A program made the position numbers and the translations under genes. The notes under the pieces were generated by a model. That model had not been told where the DNA came from. It did not search any database and was given only the letters and a program-made list of their open reading frames with translations. This document shows positions 1 through 13,549 of a DNA stretch of 53,011 bases, one piece after another (position 1 is the first letter of the stretch; every line of letters starts with the position of its first letter). Location: assembly GCA_004022145.1 (NCBI GenBank), contig RCNU01000031.1; one strand, given 5' to 3'. Source of the stretch: Paecilomyces variotii (Eukaryota).

Positions 1-2300
1 ATAGAAGGTTTTAGCAGCTACTCTATAGTAATAGTATAATATAAGAAATTTTAGCGGGTTAATCTTAATCAGAATATTATATAATTAAAAAGGTCTATAA
101 TTTAAATATAACTGCAGTAAAGTAATAATACTTAGTAATACTCTTTAGCAGATCTCTTAAGTAATACTATTAAATTTAATAGATTTACTTAAAATATTAG
201 CTTTAAATAAAGCTAATAATTAGTTATTAATTATTTTACTAATTCTATATATAATATTTAAGTTTAGATTACTAGAACTACTCTATAGATATATTTAGCT
301 TATTAAATATATTCCTTAATATATTTCCTTTTAATTTAATTTAGAGATATTAACGTATTTCTTAGCTAACCTAGCTACTCGGGCGACCTAGTTAGTGCTA
401 TATTACATATAAAATAGCCGTTTTTTAAACCTAGATATCTTAACAACTATATATCTAAAGATTATTAAAGAGAGTATATATAAAGTTTATAATATTTAAA
501 ATATATAGGCTGAATTTTAATTATTTAAACTTATTTATTCTCTAGGTATTTTCTAAATAATATAAATACTAAAATTACACTACTTATTTATATTATATCG
601 CGAAAAAATAGTTTTTAGAGTCTGAAATTTTACTATATATATAAGGACTATTCTAAAAAGCTATTTCTTAAATATTATATATGTTAGATCTGTAGTTGTT
701 AAGATATCTAGGTTTAAAAAATAGCTATTTTATATATAATACAGCACTAGCTAGGTTACCCAGGTAGCTAGGTCGGCCGAGAAATACGTTACCCGATACT
801 ATTATTACTTAATAGCTATAATTAGTTTCTCTAGCTTCTTAGCCTATAGAGAATACTATACTAATTATATAGAAGATTTAATAGAGCAGAAATCTATACT
901 ATCTTTCTTTATCTTGAGCTTAATACTATTATCTGGAGAAATTAAATCTGACCGACCCCTAAGATTATATTTATATCTTATTTACTTATTTATCTTAGCT
1001 ATATAGAGGTAGAGATATTAAATCCTTTTTCGGTCGCTTAAAGTCTTAGATTTCGCTAATTTTTAATAATATATTATAATATATTTATAGATAGTTTAAA
1101 AATATAATCTTCTAGTATTTAATATTAACCTATAATTATCTATAATATTACGCTAATACTCTTTAAGTAGTTAGTAATATATTTAATATTTAGGGTTTTA
1201 TTAATAAGACCTTTTAACCTATGTATTAGCCTAGTTAAAATTAATATTTTTTTTATTTTAGCTATAAGAAGGTCTACGGGTTTAAATACTAAGATATTAT
1301 TATACTTAATAGGATACTCTTATTCTATATAAGGCTTTTTAAAGATAAAGCTAATAACTATACTTTATTTAAGAAGTTAAGTATAAAGGAGTAATTTTAA
1401 GATTTATTTTATAACTATTTCTCTATAGAGATTCTGTATATAATGCTATATATTATTATATTACCCTATATAGATAGATTAGATCCTTACCCCTATAGAG
1501 ACTTACTTTAATTTAAAGCTATTATTAGATTAAATATTAATAGAGTAAGTATTTAACATTATATAGACCTATTAATATATAAATACCTTAAATATTAACT
1601 TATTAAGTAGGCAGTTGCTATAATCTATACTATTAGTCTTTTTAACTAATATCTTAATATATCTATATAGTAATATAGCTAGCTCTCGTTATAGAATAAA
1701 ACCTTCTTTATATAATAATTTAGGGGCTATTTTTAATACTACTAAGCTAGTTTATAAGTAGTAAGAAGATTTTAATAAATAAGTCTAGAATTCTTAATTA
1801 ATCTATATAAAATTCCTCTATAGTAGACTTAATCTTATTAAATTCCTTTTTTAAGCTTTTAAACTTCTTAGCTAACTCTTTATTTCTATTAAATCTCTTA
1901 ATATTTTTTTACGCTTTATTAGCTATTTTTTATAGGCTAATAACTATAATATATCTTCGCTAATTATTTATTATAGAGTTACCTTTAGGTTAAGGAGAGA
2001 AATTAAGAACTCTTTAACTTACCTCTATTACCTCTAAAGAATTCTCTAAATTATATATCTTCTATTTAATTAATCTTAAAGTTACTATTAGAATTATATA
2101 GTATTAGTTATCTTTCTTATTATTATCTAGCTTAGCTTAAATCTTAGCTTTAGCTTTAGCTAATTGGCTTTTCTTTAATTCTTTATAATTAATCTACTTA
2201 TTAGTAGCTATATAGAGGTCTAACTATAGCTTAAATTTATTTCCTATTTTATTAAGCTCTAAATCTAATTTTTAAGCCTTTATCTTCTATTAAACTTAAT
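1..2300 (-). pseudogene. RIP-destroyed coding relic of unknown identity, running off the left edge and interrupted by MITE 353-789
   Basis: The minus strand is purine-rich and has a stop-poor frame with a K/E/A-rich, coiled-coil-like N-terminal part (e.g. ELKKSQLAKAKAKI near 2140-2185). No family motif recognised. Boundaries approximate. Confidence 0.35.
353..789. mobile_element. MITE, Tc1/mariner (pogo/Fot1-like) type, 437 bp
   Basis: TA|ACGTATTTCT...AGAAATACGT|TA, with ~105-bp imperfect terminal inverted repeats and TA on both sides (351-352, 790-791). The interior is homologous, in opposite orientation, to the MITEs at 4898, 17807 and 49655. Confidence 0.92.
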
Positions 2301-2967
2301 ACTAGTATAAGATTATATTATATGCTTAACCTATTTTCTATTTAAACATTTTAAATACTTAGAGCTAAAATAATTAACTTAACTTATTAAGATATTATTA
2401 AAATAGCAAGTTATAAATAGTAAAAAGAATAAGCTCTTTATTATTACTTAAGCCCCTCTTTTATAGTATTAATTTATAGTTTACTAGTCTTTAAGTAAGG
2501 CTTAGTAGATTAATACTACTATCTTTAATTAATTCTGCGATATTTAAATCTAGTATTATAGACTATTCTAAGTATTTAGTTAGTACTTTACTTAATATTT
2601 TAGTTAATACCTCTATTAATACTAAGGTTTATAATAGAATTAGCGCTAAAGTTAGTAATAAAAATATTAGTATTACTAGCGTTAATAGGCATAAAAGAGT
2701 AAACTAAAATAAAGATAATTAACCTAGGCGCTTTATAGAATAAGAGATTAAAGGAGTAATTATTTTTGTATAAAACACTAATAATTTATTATATTAATTT
2801 GCTAAAGAATTATTTCTAAGAATAAGATTTTTAAAATCTTACTCTAGCTTAATTTTTATATTACTGCTATATTATATATAATTCGTAGAAATAGCTTTAC
2901 AGTTATTTATTTAAGTAGTATTTATTAAGAGATAAATATCCTATAGTAAGAGGCAGGTATAATAATA

Positions 2968-3132
2968 TAAGTAATATAAATACGAGGTATATAATATTAC
3001 CTTAGCGCTGCCTGCTACCTTAATAGGGCATAGAGGTTTAAGGTATAGAAGCCTTAAACAATAACTTAACTATATAGTTACTTCCTTATATAGCTAATAA
3101 AAGACAACTTCTTTATCCCTTATACTGTATTA
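2968..3132 (+). repeat. 5' LTR of Gypsy A1
   Basis: Matches the LTRs at 18715, 19608, 22493 and 33545 (core GCTGCCTGCTACCTT...TTCTTTATCCC). Confidence 0.85.
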
Positions 3133-4897
3133 ATTTAGTAGTATATTAAGGTTATTTAGAGCCTAATTATTATTAATAGTATTCTAAAAGCTATTATAGC
3201 GAGCTGCTATACTATTTAATTATTATTATTATCTTAAGTTAGCTTCTAATACTAGTAAATTATCTGCAGTCTATTCCCTATTATATATAAAGTCTTTTAT
3301 TATTATTAAAGCCTTTATATTATTTATTCTCTATATTATTTTCTATTAAAATTTATTTTAATAATATTAAGTCTTACCTTTATTAGTCCTAATTTAATAC
3401 CTTTTATTAAATTATTTATATTAAGCTATTTTCTTATATATCCTATGCTTAGGGATATTATAGGTTAGCTAAGAATATTTATATTTAAAGCCTTACTTTT
3501 TTTATTAAAATCCTATATTATATTATTAGTTTTATTATTTTTATCTTTAGTATTATTATAATTTAGCTTTAGTCTCTCTTATTAAATATCTTATCTAGAG
3601 AAGTTAAAATTAAGCCTTTATAATAAGCTAGCCTTTAAAGGAAATAAATTAGAGCTAATATCTTCCTATATTATTTAGAGAGATATTAAAGCTTATATAT
3701 AGTCTAATAATATTTAAAATAATAATTTCTTAGTTTAGGGATTAGTTTAATTATAGGACTATTAATCTTATTAATTTTATCTTATCTTATTATTTAAGAT
3801 ATAACTCCTTAATATATACTTTATTAACCTATATTAAAGTATTTTAAATTAAGCTATAAATATCTCTTTTTTAAATAAGATAATTTATATTTCTTATATT
3901 ATAGGTTATAAATTAATCTATATTCTATAATACTATTAAAGACTTTCTTAAGTTTATTTTAATATTAATAGAATATCTTACTTTCTAAAAATAGCAGATT
4001 AATATAGTAGATTTAGCTAATTTTATAATAGAACTTATATAACCGCTAGGTAAAATATTTTATATATATTTATAATACCTTTATAACTTTATTATTATAA
4101 GATAAATACTAGCAGAAGTAATCTAAGTTATAAATTCTAATTATTATACCTCCTTATTTAGCCTTATTTAATCTAGTTTTTAGATTTTAGAATTCTATTT
4201 TTTAAAGCTAGAGAGCTAAATATTAAAGAGTCTTATTATTTAATCTATTATATTCTTTCTTAAATCTATTATTATATTATTTAGATAAAACCTTAATATA
4301 GCTAGCAGTAAATAGTAATAATATAATAAATATTATTAACCTAATTATACCTCTAGTACTACTAGCTATAGACTCTAATATTATATTAATAGAAATATTC
4401 TAGCAGATAATAGAATTTAATTAGCAAATAATAGAAAATATAAGAGTTATATTAAACTAAAATTGCTAAATAATAAAATACCTTATAAGTTAAAATAATA
4501 TAGCTTAAAATAATATAACTTAAAATAATAGTTAACCTAGCTATTAATAATAATAATACTAATAATAATAGTAATAAGATTAATAATAGCAACTAGTTTA
4601 AAACTAAACTTTTAGCTATAATTCCTTAATAAACCTAAATATTAGATTCGCCTTAGGGATATTAATAAGCACTATAATTAATAGTATACTATAGAAGTAA
4701 ATAAAGCTAAGATACTTTTACTTTAATCTAAGTAATAAAAATTATATTAAGATAGATCCTATTATAATAGTAAAAAGCTATATTTATTATAAAAACATCT
4801 ATATTTTTATTAATTAAATCTATAATTTAGCTATAATAAAAGGAGAACCTATTACATAAAGCTATATTTAAGTATTATTATATAATTTAGCCCTGTA

Positions 4898-5325
4898 ACG
4901 TAATTCTCTACTGACTTAATTACTCGCCCGACCTAATTAGTGCTATATTACATATAAAATAGCCCCTAGATATTTTAATAACTAATTGTTTAATATATAT
5001 AAGATTTAATTTATAGTGTTTTATAATTATAAATTAATATATACTTAAGACTTTAGTCCTAGAAATTGCTTTTTATTTAGATAATATAAATTACAAGTAT
5101 AATTTCAGTAATTATCTTGTATCTTTAATATCTCTAGAAAACTAGAATTTAAATATCTAAAACTTAGCTTAAATATTTCTAATAATCTATATTTTAGATA
5201 TCTATATTCTAAATGCCCTTAAACTACTTCGTTATTAAGATATTTATATTTGAAATTTAGCTATTTTATATATAATACGACACTAATTAGGTTAGGCGGG
5301 TAATTAGGTTAGTAGAGAATTACGT
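4898..5325. mobile_element. MITE (ACGT-ended family), 428 bp
   Basis: TA|ACGTAATTCTCTAC...GTAGAGAATTACGT|TA. The empty site in the paralogous Gypsy copy near 21520 (CCTTATAATAATATATAGC) confirms a TA duplication. Confidence 0.93.
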
Positions 5326-6623
5326 TAATAGTATATAGTTAAGCTATCTAACTATAACTATAAAATATTATATATATATTTTATTAAAGAAGGTTAAATC
5401 CTATAGCTTATAAAATATTTTAAGATTAATACTACAGCTGCTATAAAATAGCTTAAGTCTTTATATTATATAATATAAGATATTATAGCTAGCTAGACTT
5501 CTTAAAGGTTTATTTAGCAAGTATTATATTTATTATATATTATAAAAATAAGAGAAATATATAGTTAACTATCAGCTGTATAGAACAGGTTTTTCTTATT
5601 TTTTAAGTATAATATATAAATATTATAGGAAAATATTATAGTATCTAAATTTATTAAAATAATTAAAAAAGCCTATATAATATAGTAAGAGTAAGTAAAT
5701 AAGAGTTAATATTATTATTAGCAATATAACTATAGTAATATTTAAACCTTTTTTTATTATTTTTTCTTTTTATTAAATTCCCTAAGGCAGAATTAAGGCA
5801 ATACTAATAATATTAATTAGACTAGAAGTAAAGCCTTATAATAGTTTATACAGACTAGAAATTAAGGCTATAATTATACTAACTATATAAATATAATACC
5901 CTACCGATTAAATTAGTCTAATATATAAATATAATAATATTAAATATAGAATATAGACTAACCTCTAGTATAGCTATATTAGTTCTTATAGTATAGTAAC
6001 TAAAACTAGTATTAAGCTTTAAATAGAAACTATTTATAATAGTACAGAAATAATAATTAAGCTCCTTTTTTTTTAGCATAGCCTTAAGCTATAGCTTATA
6101 TAGATATTAAGATAGAGTAAGCTATAAATATTATAGATAGAAACTATAATTAGTAAAATAGCTATTATAATATACCTAGGTTAAAAGTATATAATATAAT
6201 ACCTCCTAATTAAACCTTAGATCTAATTAACTTTAAAGAATATAATAGTTACTATTATTAAGATAGTTACTAAGATAAATATAATAATTCTTAGTATATA
6301 GACTATAGTAAAGATAATTATAATACCTATATTAACTATACTATACTATAGATTACTTTTATATTTAAATATTAGCTATACTAAGTAATCTTCTAGTTAA
6401 ATAATAAGCTCTATAATTATTTATATAATACTAATTATTATTAAAAATTAACGCTATATTCCCTTATTATTAAAGCCTCTAATATTATATTACTTATTAC
6501 TATATATATAATTATAGCTATACTATAATTTATTATTGCTAAGTCCCTAGTTAAATAAACTCCTCCTAGATATATCTTTTACAGATAGTATTATATTATA
6601 ATAAAAATATATATTATTAATAG

Positions 6624-6946
6624 TATAGTAGGGAGAATTAGTTAGGAGAATATAACTAGCTAAAGCAGTTATATATTATTATTAGAAGAGGTAGTTTAAA
6701 TACTTCTAATAAAGTAGTAAGAGGGAGAGATAGATAAGCAAGAATAGAATAAAAAATTTCCCTCTTTTAACTATTATCTAGTATCAGTTTAGTATAAAAA
6801 AAGAATCAGTTTATTATATTATCTTATTATTAGAGCTTCTTCTCTAGTTCTACTTTAAACTCTGAAAATAAGTGCTTCTCTTCCTCTTCTTTATATCTTT
6901 ATGCTTAAAGACTCTATACTAAGTCTTAATATCTTATCCTACAATA
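6624..6946 (+). repeat. 5' LTR of Gypsy B
   Basis: Direct repeat of 16197-16519; ends TA..TA are RIP-altered TG..CA. Confidence 0.92.
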
Positions 6947-7479
6947 AATTAGAGTTAAATATAGGGGGCATTAAAATATTAAGCAAAAATAAGGGAGAAA
7001 GGGGAATTAGAAGTTAAGGTTAAGGCTAAAGCTAAAAAAAAGGATAAAAAGCGGTAAAAAGATAAGTAAAATAACTAAGGGAGATTACCACTATAAATAA
7101 AAAAAAAATAAATATATCTCTTAAATTAGTAGAGACAATAAATATAATATAGGGTAAAAACACACACTAGCAATAAAAAAAAGGAAGAATTACTAAATAT
7201 AAAGAAAAGCTTAATAGATATAAAAGGAAAGCAAAAATTTAAAAAAAATAAAAAATCACTAAGTAAAAACTATTTATTAAAAAATAGAAGAACTTCTTAT
7301 TATTATCTTTATTACTATTCTTTTAAAAAAATATAGAGAAAAATATTAATCTTTTTAGTATTAGTTAAGGAAGAAGGACTTCTAACTCCTTAATATTATT
7401 AGGTCTAAAGATATAGATAGCTTAAGCATCTAAAAATATAGAACTACTAATAATATAATTAATCTAGGTTATATCGGCT

Positions 7480-8900
7480 CTATAAATACTAATACCTAGA
7501 AATCTTAGGGCACTATATTTTAAAAGGGATAATATTACTTATTATTTAAGGCTTTTTAAAAGGCTATATAAAGCGAATTAACTCCTAGAAGAAGAAAAAA
7601 CTAAATAATTTATAGACTATTATAGCCCGTTAGTATTATTATAGATAAATACTTAACCTAAATATAAGAAAAAAACTACTTAAAACTGGTAAAAGCAATT
7701 AAATAAGAATATATCTACTATAATAAGTATTAAAGGAAATATAATATCTAATAGCTAGAAAGGTTTAAAAATATAAAATATAATAGCTCTAAGGACCTAA
7801 AAAAGTATAATTAAGAATATTAAGCTATATTAGAAGCATTAGTAACTTCAGATAAGTTAAGCTAATATTTATAGGGAGTTTAGTATCTTTAGACTTTTAA
7901 AGGAGCTTAAGCAGCAGATAGTTTAGGAGTTAAATATAGATTATTATATCTTATCTATTATTAAATATACTAATTTCTATAAAGAAATAGTAAATAGAGT
8001 AAGAACTATTAAAATCCTTTGCTATCTTAATAATAATAAACTAAAAAAAGATTAAGATATAGTGGCTTTAATAAAGGAAAAAGTAACTAAAGAAGATAAT
8101 ATATAATTTTTTATTAAACTTAATAGAACTTACTTAGATAAGAATAAGAATAGAACTAAATAATAGAGCATTAAAATAAAATTAATAAAATAATTATAAA
8201 TTAATTAGTTAATAAAAGAGTTTAAGAAATTAAAACTATATAATATATAAGAAGGCCTAATAATAGCATACCTAATACTGGCATAAATATATAAACTAAA
8301 GCGCCTTTAGAATTTAACCTAATTAAAAGATTTAAAATACCTCTAAATTTATATAACTTTTACTAGGCTCCTAATTATATTTAATCTTATTACCTAGATT
8401 TAAAAAGCCTCCTAAATTAGAAGCTTATCTATTAAGGAGAAAATTATAAACTTTACTTTAGGCTAAAAAGATAGAATAGAGAAGTTATTTATCTTATATA
8501 AGGAAATATATTATAAAAGAAGATTATTAAATAGAGACTAAAGAAAGAGTAAAGGAATATTAATTTAATTAGATATAATATCTAATTAATTATACTAAAA
8601 TAGCCTAAGGATAACTTAAGCTCTAAGGAAGAAGCTAAAAATATTATAAAAAATTATTACTTTATTAATATAATAGAATTAGATAAGTCTTAAGAAGTAA
8701 AAAAAAGGTAAAGCGGGATTAAATAACTATATAAAGAAAAACTATAGAAAGTAATTAAATAAGAATAGAGATTTCCCTTAGTTAAGATAAATTAATTTGG
8801 CAATTATTAGTCTCTAAATATAACTAAAAGAATAAGGATAATTAAAGAAGAAATAAAAAATATACCTAAGCAGAGTAAAGATAAAAAGATTATTAAAATA
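7480..8900 (+). pseudogene. gag: gag of Gypsy B (RIP-inactivated)
   Basis: PRNLRALYFKRDNIT near 7495 reverts to PGNPGAPHFEGDNVT. YNFY*APNYI*SYY near 8352-8395 reverts to a CX2CX4HX4C zinc knuckle. Boundaries approximate. Confidence 0.7.
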
Positions 8901-9179
8901 AAAAAGAAATAGAAATTAAAGAGATTTAAAATTATAAATAAGCTAAAAGAGACTATTAATATAATAGGGGTTATAAACTAGATACTAAATACTAGAGTTT
9001 AAATATTAATTTGGGACCTTATTTATCTTATAACTATAGTAAGTAATAACTAAGGCAATATTCTATAATACTAAAAGAGTACAGTTTAATACCTTTATAT
9101 TAAATATAGAATATATAATAAATAGTATAGATTAGTATATTTATATATCTTTATAACTTAAGCCTTTTAATAAAGATAA

Positions 9180-12100
9180 GGTGCTATATATAGCTATAAC
9201 TCTAAAGTTGCCGATTAAAATTAATAGTTATAAGAAAGTATAAAATATTATAATAAATAATAGAGCCGAAATTAATATAATATATAAAGATATAGCAAAT
9301 TACTATAAACTTATTATAAGCTAAAAATTTAAAGATAATATAATATCAGCAGATAGCAGGTAGATCTCTTTTATAAGTCTTTATAAAAAAATACCTATAT
9401 AAGTAAGATCTTTCTATTATAAAGTCCCTTTCTTTATAATAAATAATAAGATTAACTATAATTATATTCTAGGATAGCTTTTTAAGCATTAAGTATATTT
9501 ACAGCATATTATTTTATTAGATAGGATAATAGAGAGCATAATTTATTCTATAGACTAAAAGAATTAAGCTATTATTTAGATATTCTTAATAAATAATCTA
9601 TAAAATAAGTTAAGAGAAAAAGTTTTATAAGACCTTTTGTTAAAAATATAAGAATTATTAAACTAAAGCTAAAAAAAAATAATAAATATTAGACTAAGAA
9701 AAGAGAAGACCTATAGGAAGCATATTTAATAAATAATATTAACTTTAGATTAAACAGAAGAATTAAAAAAAAAGATATAGGAATATTTAAACCTATTAAA
9801 TTATAAAAAAAAAATTTATAGGGGTATAAATTATTTAAAAGATATAATCTTTTTACTATAAGAGTAAATTATGCTATTAATACCTAGTATAAAAAGAAGC
9901 ATAAGAAAATTTATCTAGTAAATATAGTAAATAGACCTATAGCAGCATTAAGAGAATTATTAAAATAAAAAAAGATTATCTAAAAGTATTATTACTTAAA
10001 CCCTTAAAAGAATATAAAAAAAATATAGGGAGAATTTACTAATTATATCTAGCTAAAAATATTAGATATAGTAAAAAGAATAAGACTAATCTTAAAATAC
10101 TTAAAGAATCTTATTATAAGGGAAGTCTTATAGCCTAGAGAAAAAAAAATTATTAATAGAAGTGCTCTTCACTAAAAAAGCTATTCTTATATAAACTTTT
10201 AAAGAGATTAGATAAATATATCCTAAAGTAGTATCTCCAGTTATTATTTAGACTATATAATATAAGCTATAATAAGCAAAGAGCTTTCTAATATTAAAGA
10301 TATTTTATAATATAATATAAATAATAATAAAGAAAAGAATAAAAGTTAGAATCCTTAAATAAAGTTAGGGGCCCTATAGGAACCTATAGTTTCTTATAAA
10401 AAAAAATAGCAAATACTAATTAATTAATACAGTAATAAAAATTAACTAAATAATAATAAGAGATATTAATTTACCCCCCTTAGCTAATAAATTCTCTAAG
10501 GAGTTTAGCAGAATATTAGTATCTATATTAATAGATTTATTCTCTAAATATAATCAGTTAAAATTAGCAGAAGAATTATACAACTTAATAGCTTTTTATA
10601 TACCTAGGATTAATTTAGTTTGCTAAGCTAAACTACTATAAAGATAGATTAATATAGTGCTAGAATTTATATATAAGATTATAAAAGTGCTTATTAATAA
10701 TATCCCTAATATCTATAATATATTTTTAGATAATACTCTAATACAAGGTCCTAAGACTAACTATAGAGAAGAGAAAGTACTGCCTAAAATCAGGAGGTTT
10801 ATATTTAAATATATCTAAAATATTAATAAAATACTATATAATTTTAAACTTGCTGGCCTAACTATTACTAAAAAAAAATTATAATTTATAGTTCTAGGGA
10901 TTAAAGTAGTAAAATATATATATAATATAGAAGGGAGGTATCTAAAATCTATAAAAATAATTAAGATTCTAAAATAATTACTCTATTAAAACTTATAAGA
11001 AGCAAAAAGATTTCTAGGGATTATAGTCTATTATCAGATATAGATTAAAAGATATATTACTAAAGCTAAGCCGATATATTTAATACTAAGGAAAGAGTAA
11101 AACTTCCTTTTAAAGACTAGAATAGCAAGACTTAATAAATATTTTAAAAGTAGCCTTAATAACAGCTCTAGCGCTTAAATTAATTAACTATAAAAAAGAG
11201 GGAATAATTATTGTTAATATAGATACTAATAATAATAAATAGAGGGCATAACTTACTTAAAAAAAAAGAATCTAATAAAAAATACCTAGCTAGATATAAA
11301 AGTAGAGTATAGACCTAAATAAAAAAGCAATATAATAAAGGAAAGTTAGAATATAGGGTAATATTAAAGGCTCTCTATAAATTTTAAGTATACCTATATA
11401 ATATATACTTTCAGCTAGAAATAAATATAAAAACTTTAATTATATAATTAAATAAGATAGCTATAGACCTTCTAAGATTAATAATTGCTTACTAAATTGT
11501 TTAGATCTAGTTATTTAACTTTAATATTATCTATATAGTAGGAAGAAAGAACTTAGTTATAAATAAATTATCTTAAAAACTAATAATAAAGTAAGACCTA
11601 AAGGAAGCTAAAGATAATAATATAGAGGAATTCTTAAACCTATAATTTTATACAGTCTATTATATTAGCGTATAAGAAGTAGAATTAGATAATATCCTCT
11701 AATTAATACCTACACTATATTAATTAGAAAAATCTTTACTAATTATAGAATAGCTATAAACTATAATAAAACCAGATAATATAGACTGGGGATAATATAC
11801 TAAATTTAAAAAGGAGGCCGTAAAGTATATAATATAAAATAATATTCTTTTCTAGAGAATATAGCAGAATTAGCCTTATTAAATAATTATTAATAATAAA
11901 AAAAAGTAAAAAAAGATCTTTACTACCCTTTATAAAAAATATAGATATTAGAAATATAAAGCAATATATAGAAAAATAGCTAATTAATATTAGTAGAAAG
12001 GCCTGTATAAGTATATTATTAGATAGGTGAAGATATATAATAAATATTAGAAAGCTAATAAAGAATATATAGAAGAAGCTTTATAGTTAATATTTATTTT

Positions 12101-13100
12101 ATTAAAAAAATTAAAGCTATATCTAAATATCTGCAAGATTATACCGCTTAGTAAGAGAAAAATTTATATTACTATATTTTAAGACAACTTTAGCTAAGTT
12201 AAATATAAAGCCTTTAATAGCCCTACTTTAAGAGCTATTACTAAATTTTTATAAAAAGATTAGATTTATTGCTAAAAAATAATAAAGACTTTTATTAATA
12301 ATAAAGGACTAGAGAATAAAGCCGCAGTTAATATATTAATATAAAAGTATAAGATTAACTATATTAAAGTCTTACTATATAACCCGCAAGCAAATAGAGC
12401 GGTTAAAATTATATATAAATCCTTTATATATAGCATTAGAAAACTTATAAAAAGAATAAGGGTAAATTAAGTAAACTATCTATTAGTAGTAATCTAGGCA
12501 GATAAAAATATAGTTAAGACCTCTACTAATTTAATATTATTTAGAGTAATTATAGGATATAATATAATATTGCCAATTAAATTAGAAATATCTATTTAAA
12601 AAATATTAGTATAAGATAAAGTTAAAACTATAGAAGACCTTCTACTTCTTTATATAAAGCAGATAGAGCTTAAAGATTAGGATATAGAAGAAATATAGCT
12701 TTATATCTAATATATAAAAAAAGCTAATAAGGAAGCCTTTAATAATAGAAAGCAACTTTATAAGAAATAGCTGATTAAAGGATAACTTATTTTACTCTAT
12801 AATATAAAGCTTAAGATATCTTACTTTGCCAAACCAGTATATTACTAGTTTAAACTATATTAAATTAAGGAAGTCCTTTAGAAAGGTTCTTATAAGCTTA
12901 AAGAGTTAAATAATATAGCTTTTTAAGATCTAATCTATAGAAATTACTTAAAAGGCTATTATTTATAAGATAATTAAAAAGATATACTAACAGTAAATAA
13001 TAATATAAAACTTAAGTAAAAAAATTAGCAAATAAATAATAGTAAAGATAATATAAACTAGATATTACTTAGATTAATATATATAGTTATAATTCTAGCA
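9180..13100 (+). pseudogene. pol: pol of Gypsy B (PR, RT, RNase H, integrase; RIP-inactivated)
   Basis: Protease LINNRAEIN (~9250). RT GPYRN (~10370), LPPLANKFSKEF, DLFSKYNQ (from DLFSGYDQ, ~10535) and IFLDN (from FLDD, ~10720). RH end GRKNLVINKLS (from GRKNSVADGLS, ~11540). Integrase YNPQANRAVK (from YNPQANGAVE, ~12378). Confidence 0.9.
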
Positions 13101-13549
13101 TTCTTCTTTTAAAAATATTAGCTTAAAAGAGGGAAAAATAGAAGGCTAGCAATAAAGCAAGCTTAATATTAGATAAGGGTTTAGCTTAAGATAAAAAAAA
13201 ACAGATAAATAAAAGATAAGGATATCTAAATTTTTTTAGAAGAGAAGGGACTTAAAAATAGATAAAATAAAAGAGTATATACAATATTATTAGAAAAATA
13301 AGGCTAGACTCTTCTAATTACTAAAAAAGAAAGATATTAAATAAAGAATATAAAACAATAATAAAAAAATCTCACTTTATATTAAAAACCTTATTTCTTT
13401 ACTTATAAATATTATTTAAAAACTTAAGTCTAATTATTTATTCTATACCCTCTTTCTATATTAAATATTGCTAAACAAAAACTACTACATATTCCTACTA
13501 AACTAAAATAAAAAAAAAATACTCTTTAAATTTAAAATATTATTCTATA

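Noticed and set aside
4540-4590. (AAT)n-like microsatellite, also near 21160-21220 and 22260-22310
   Set aside because: These are RIP-flattened low-complexity codon runs inside coding relics; the first two are the same position in paralogous gag copies.
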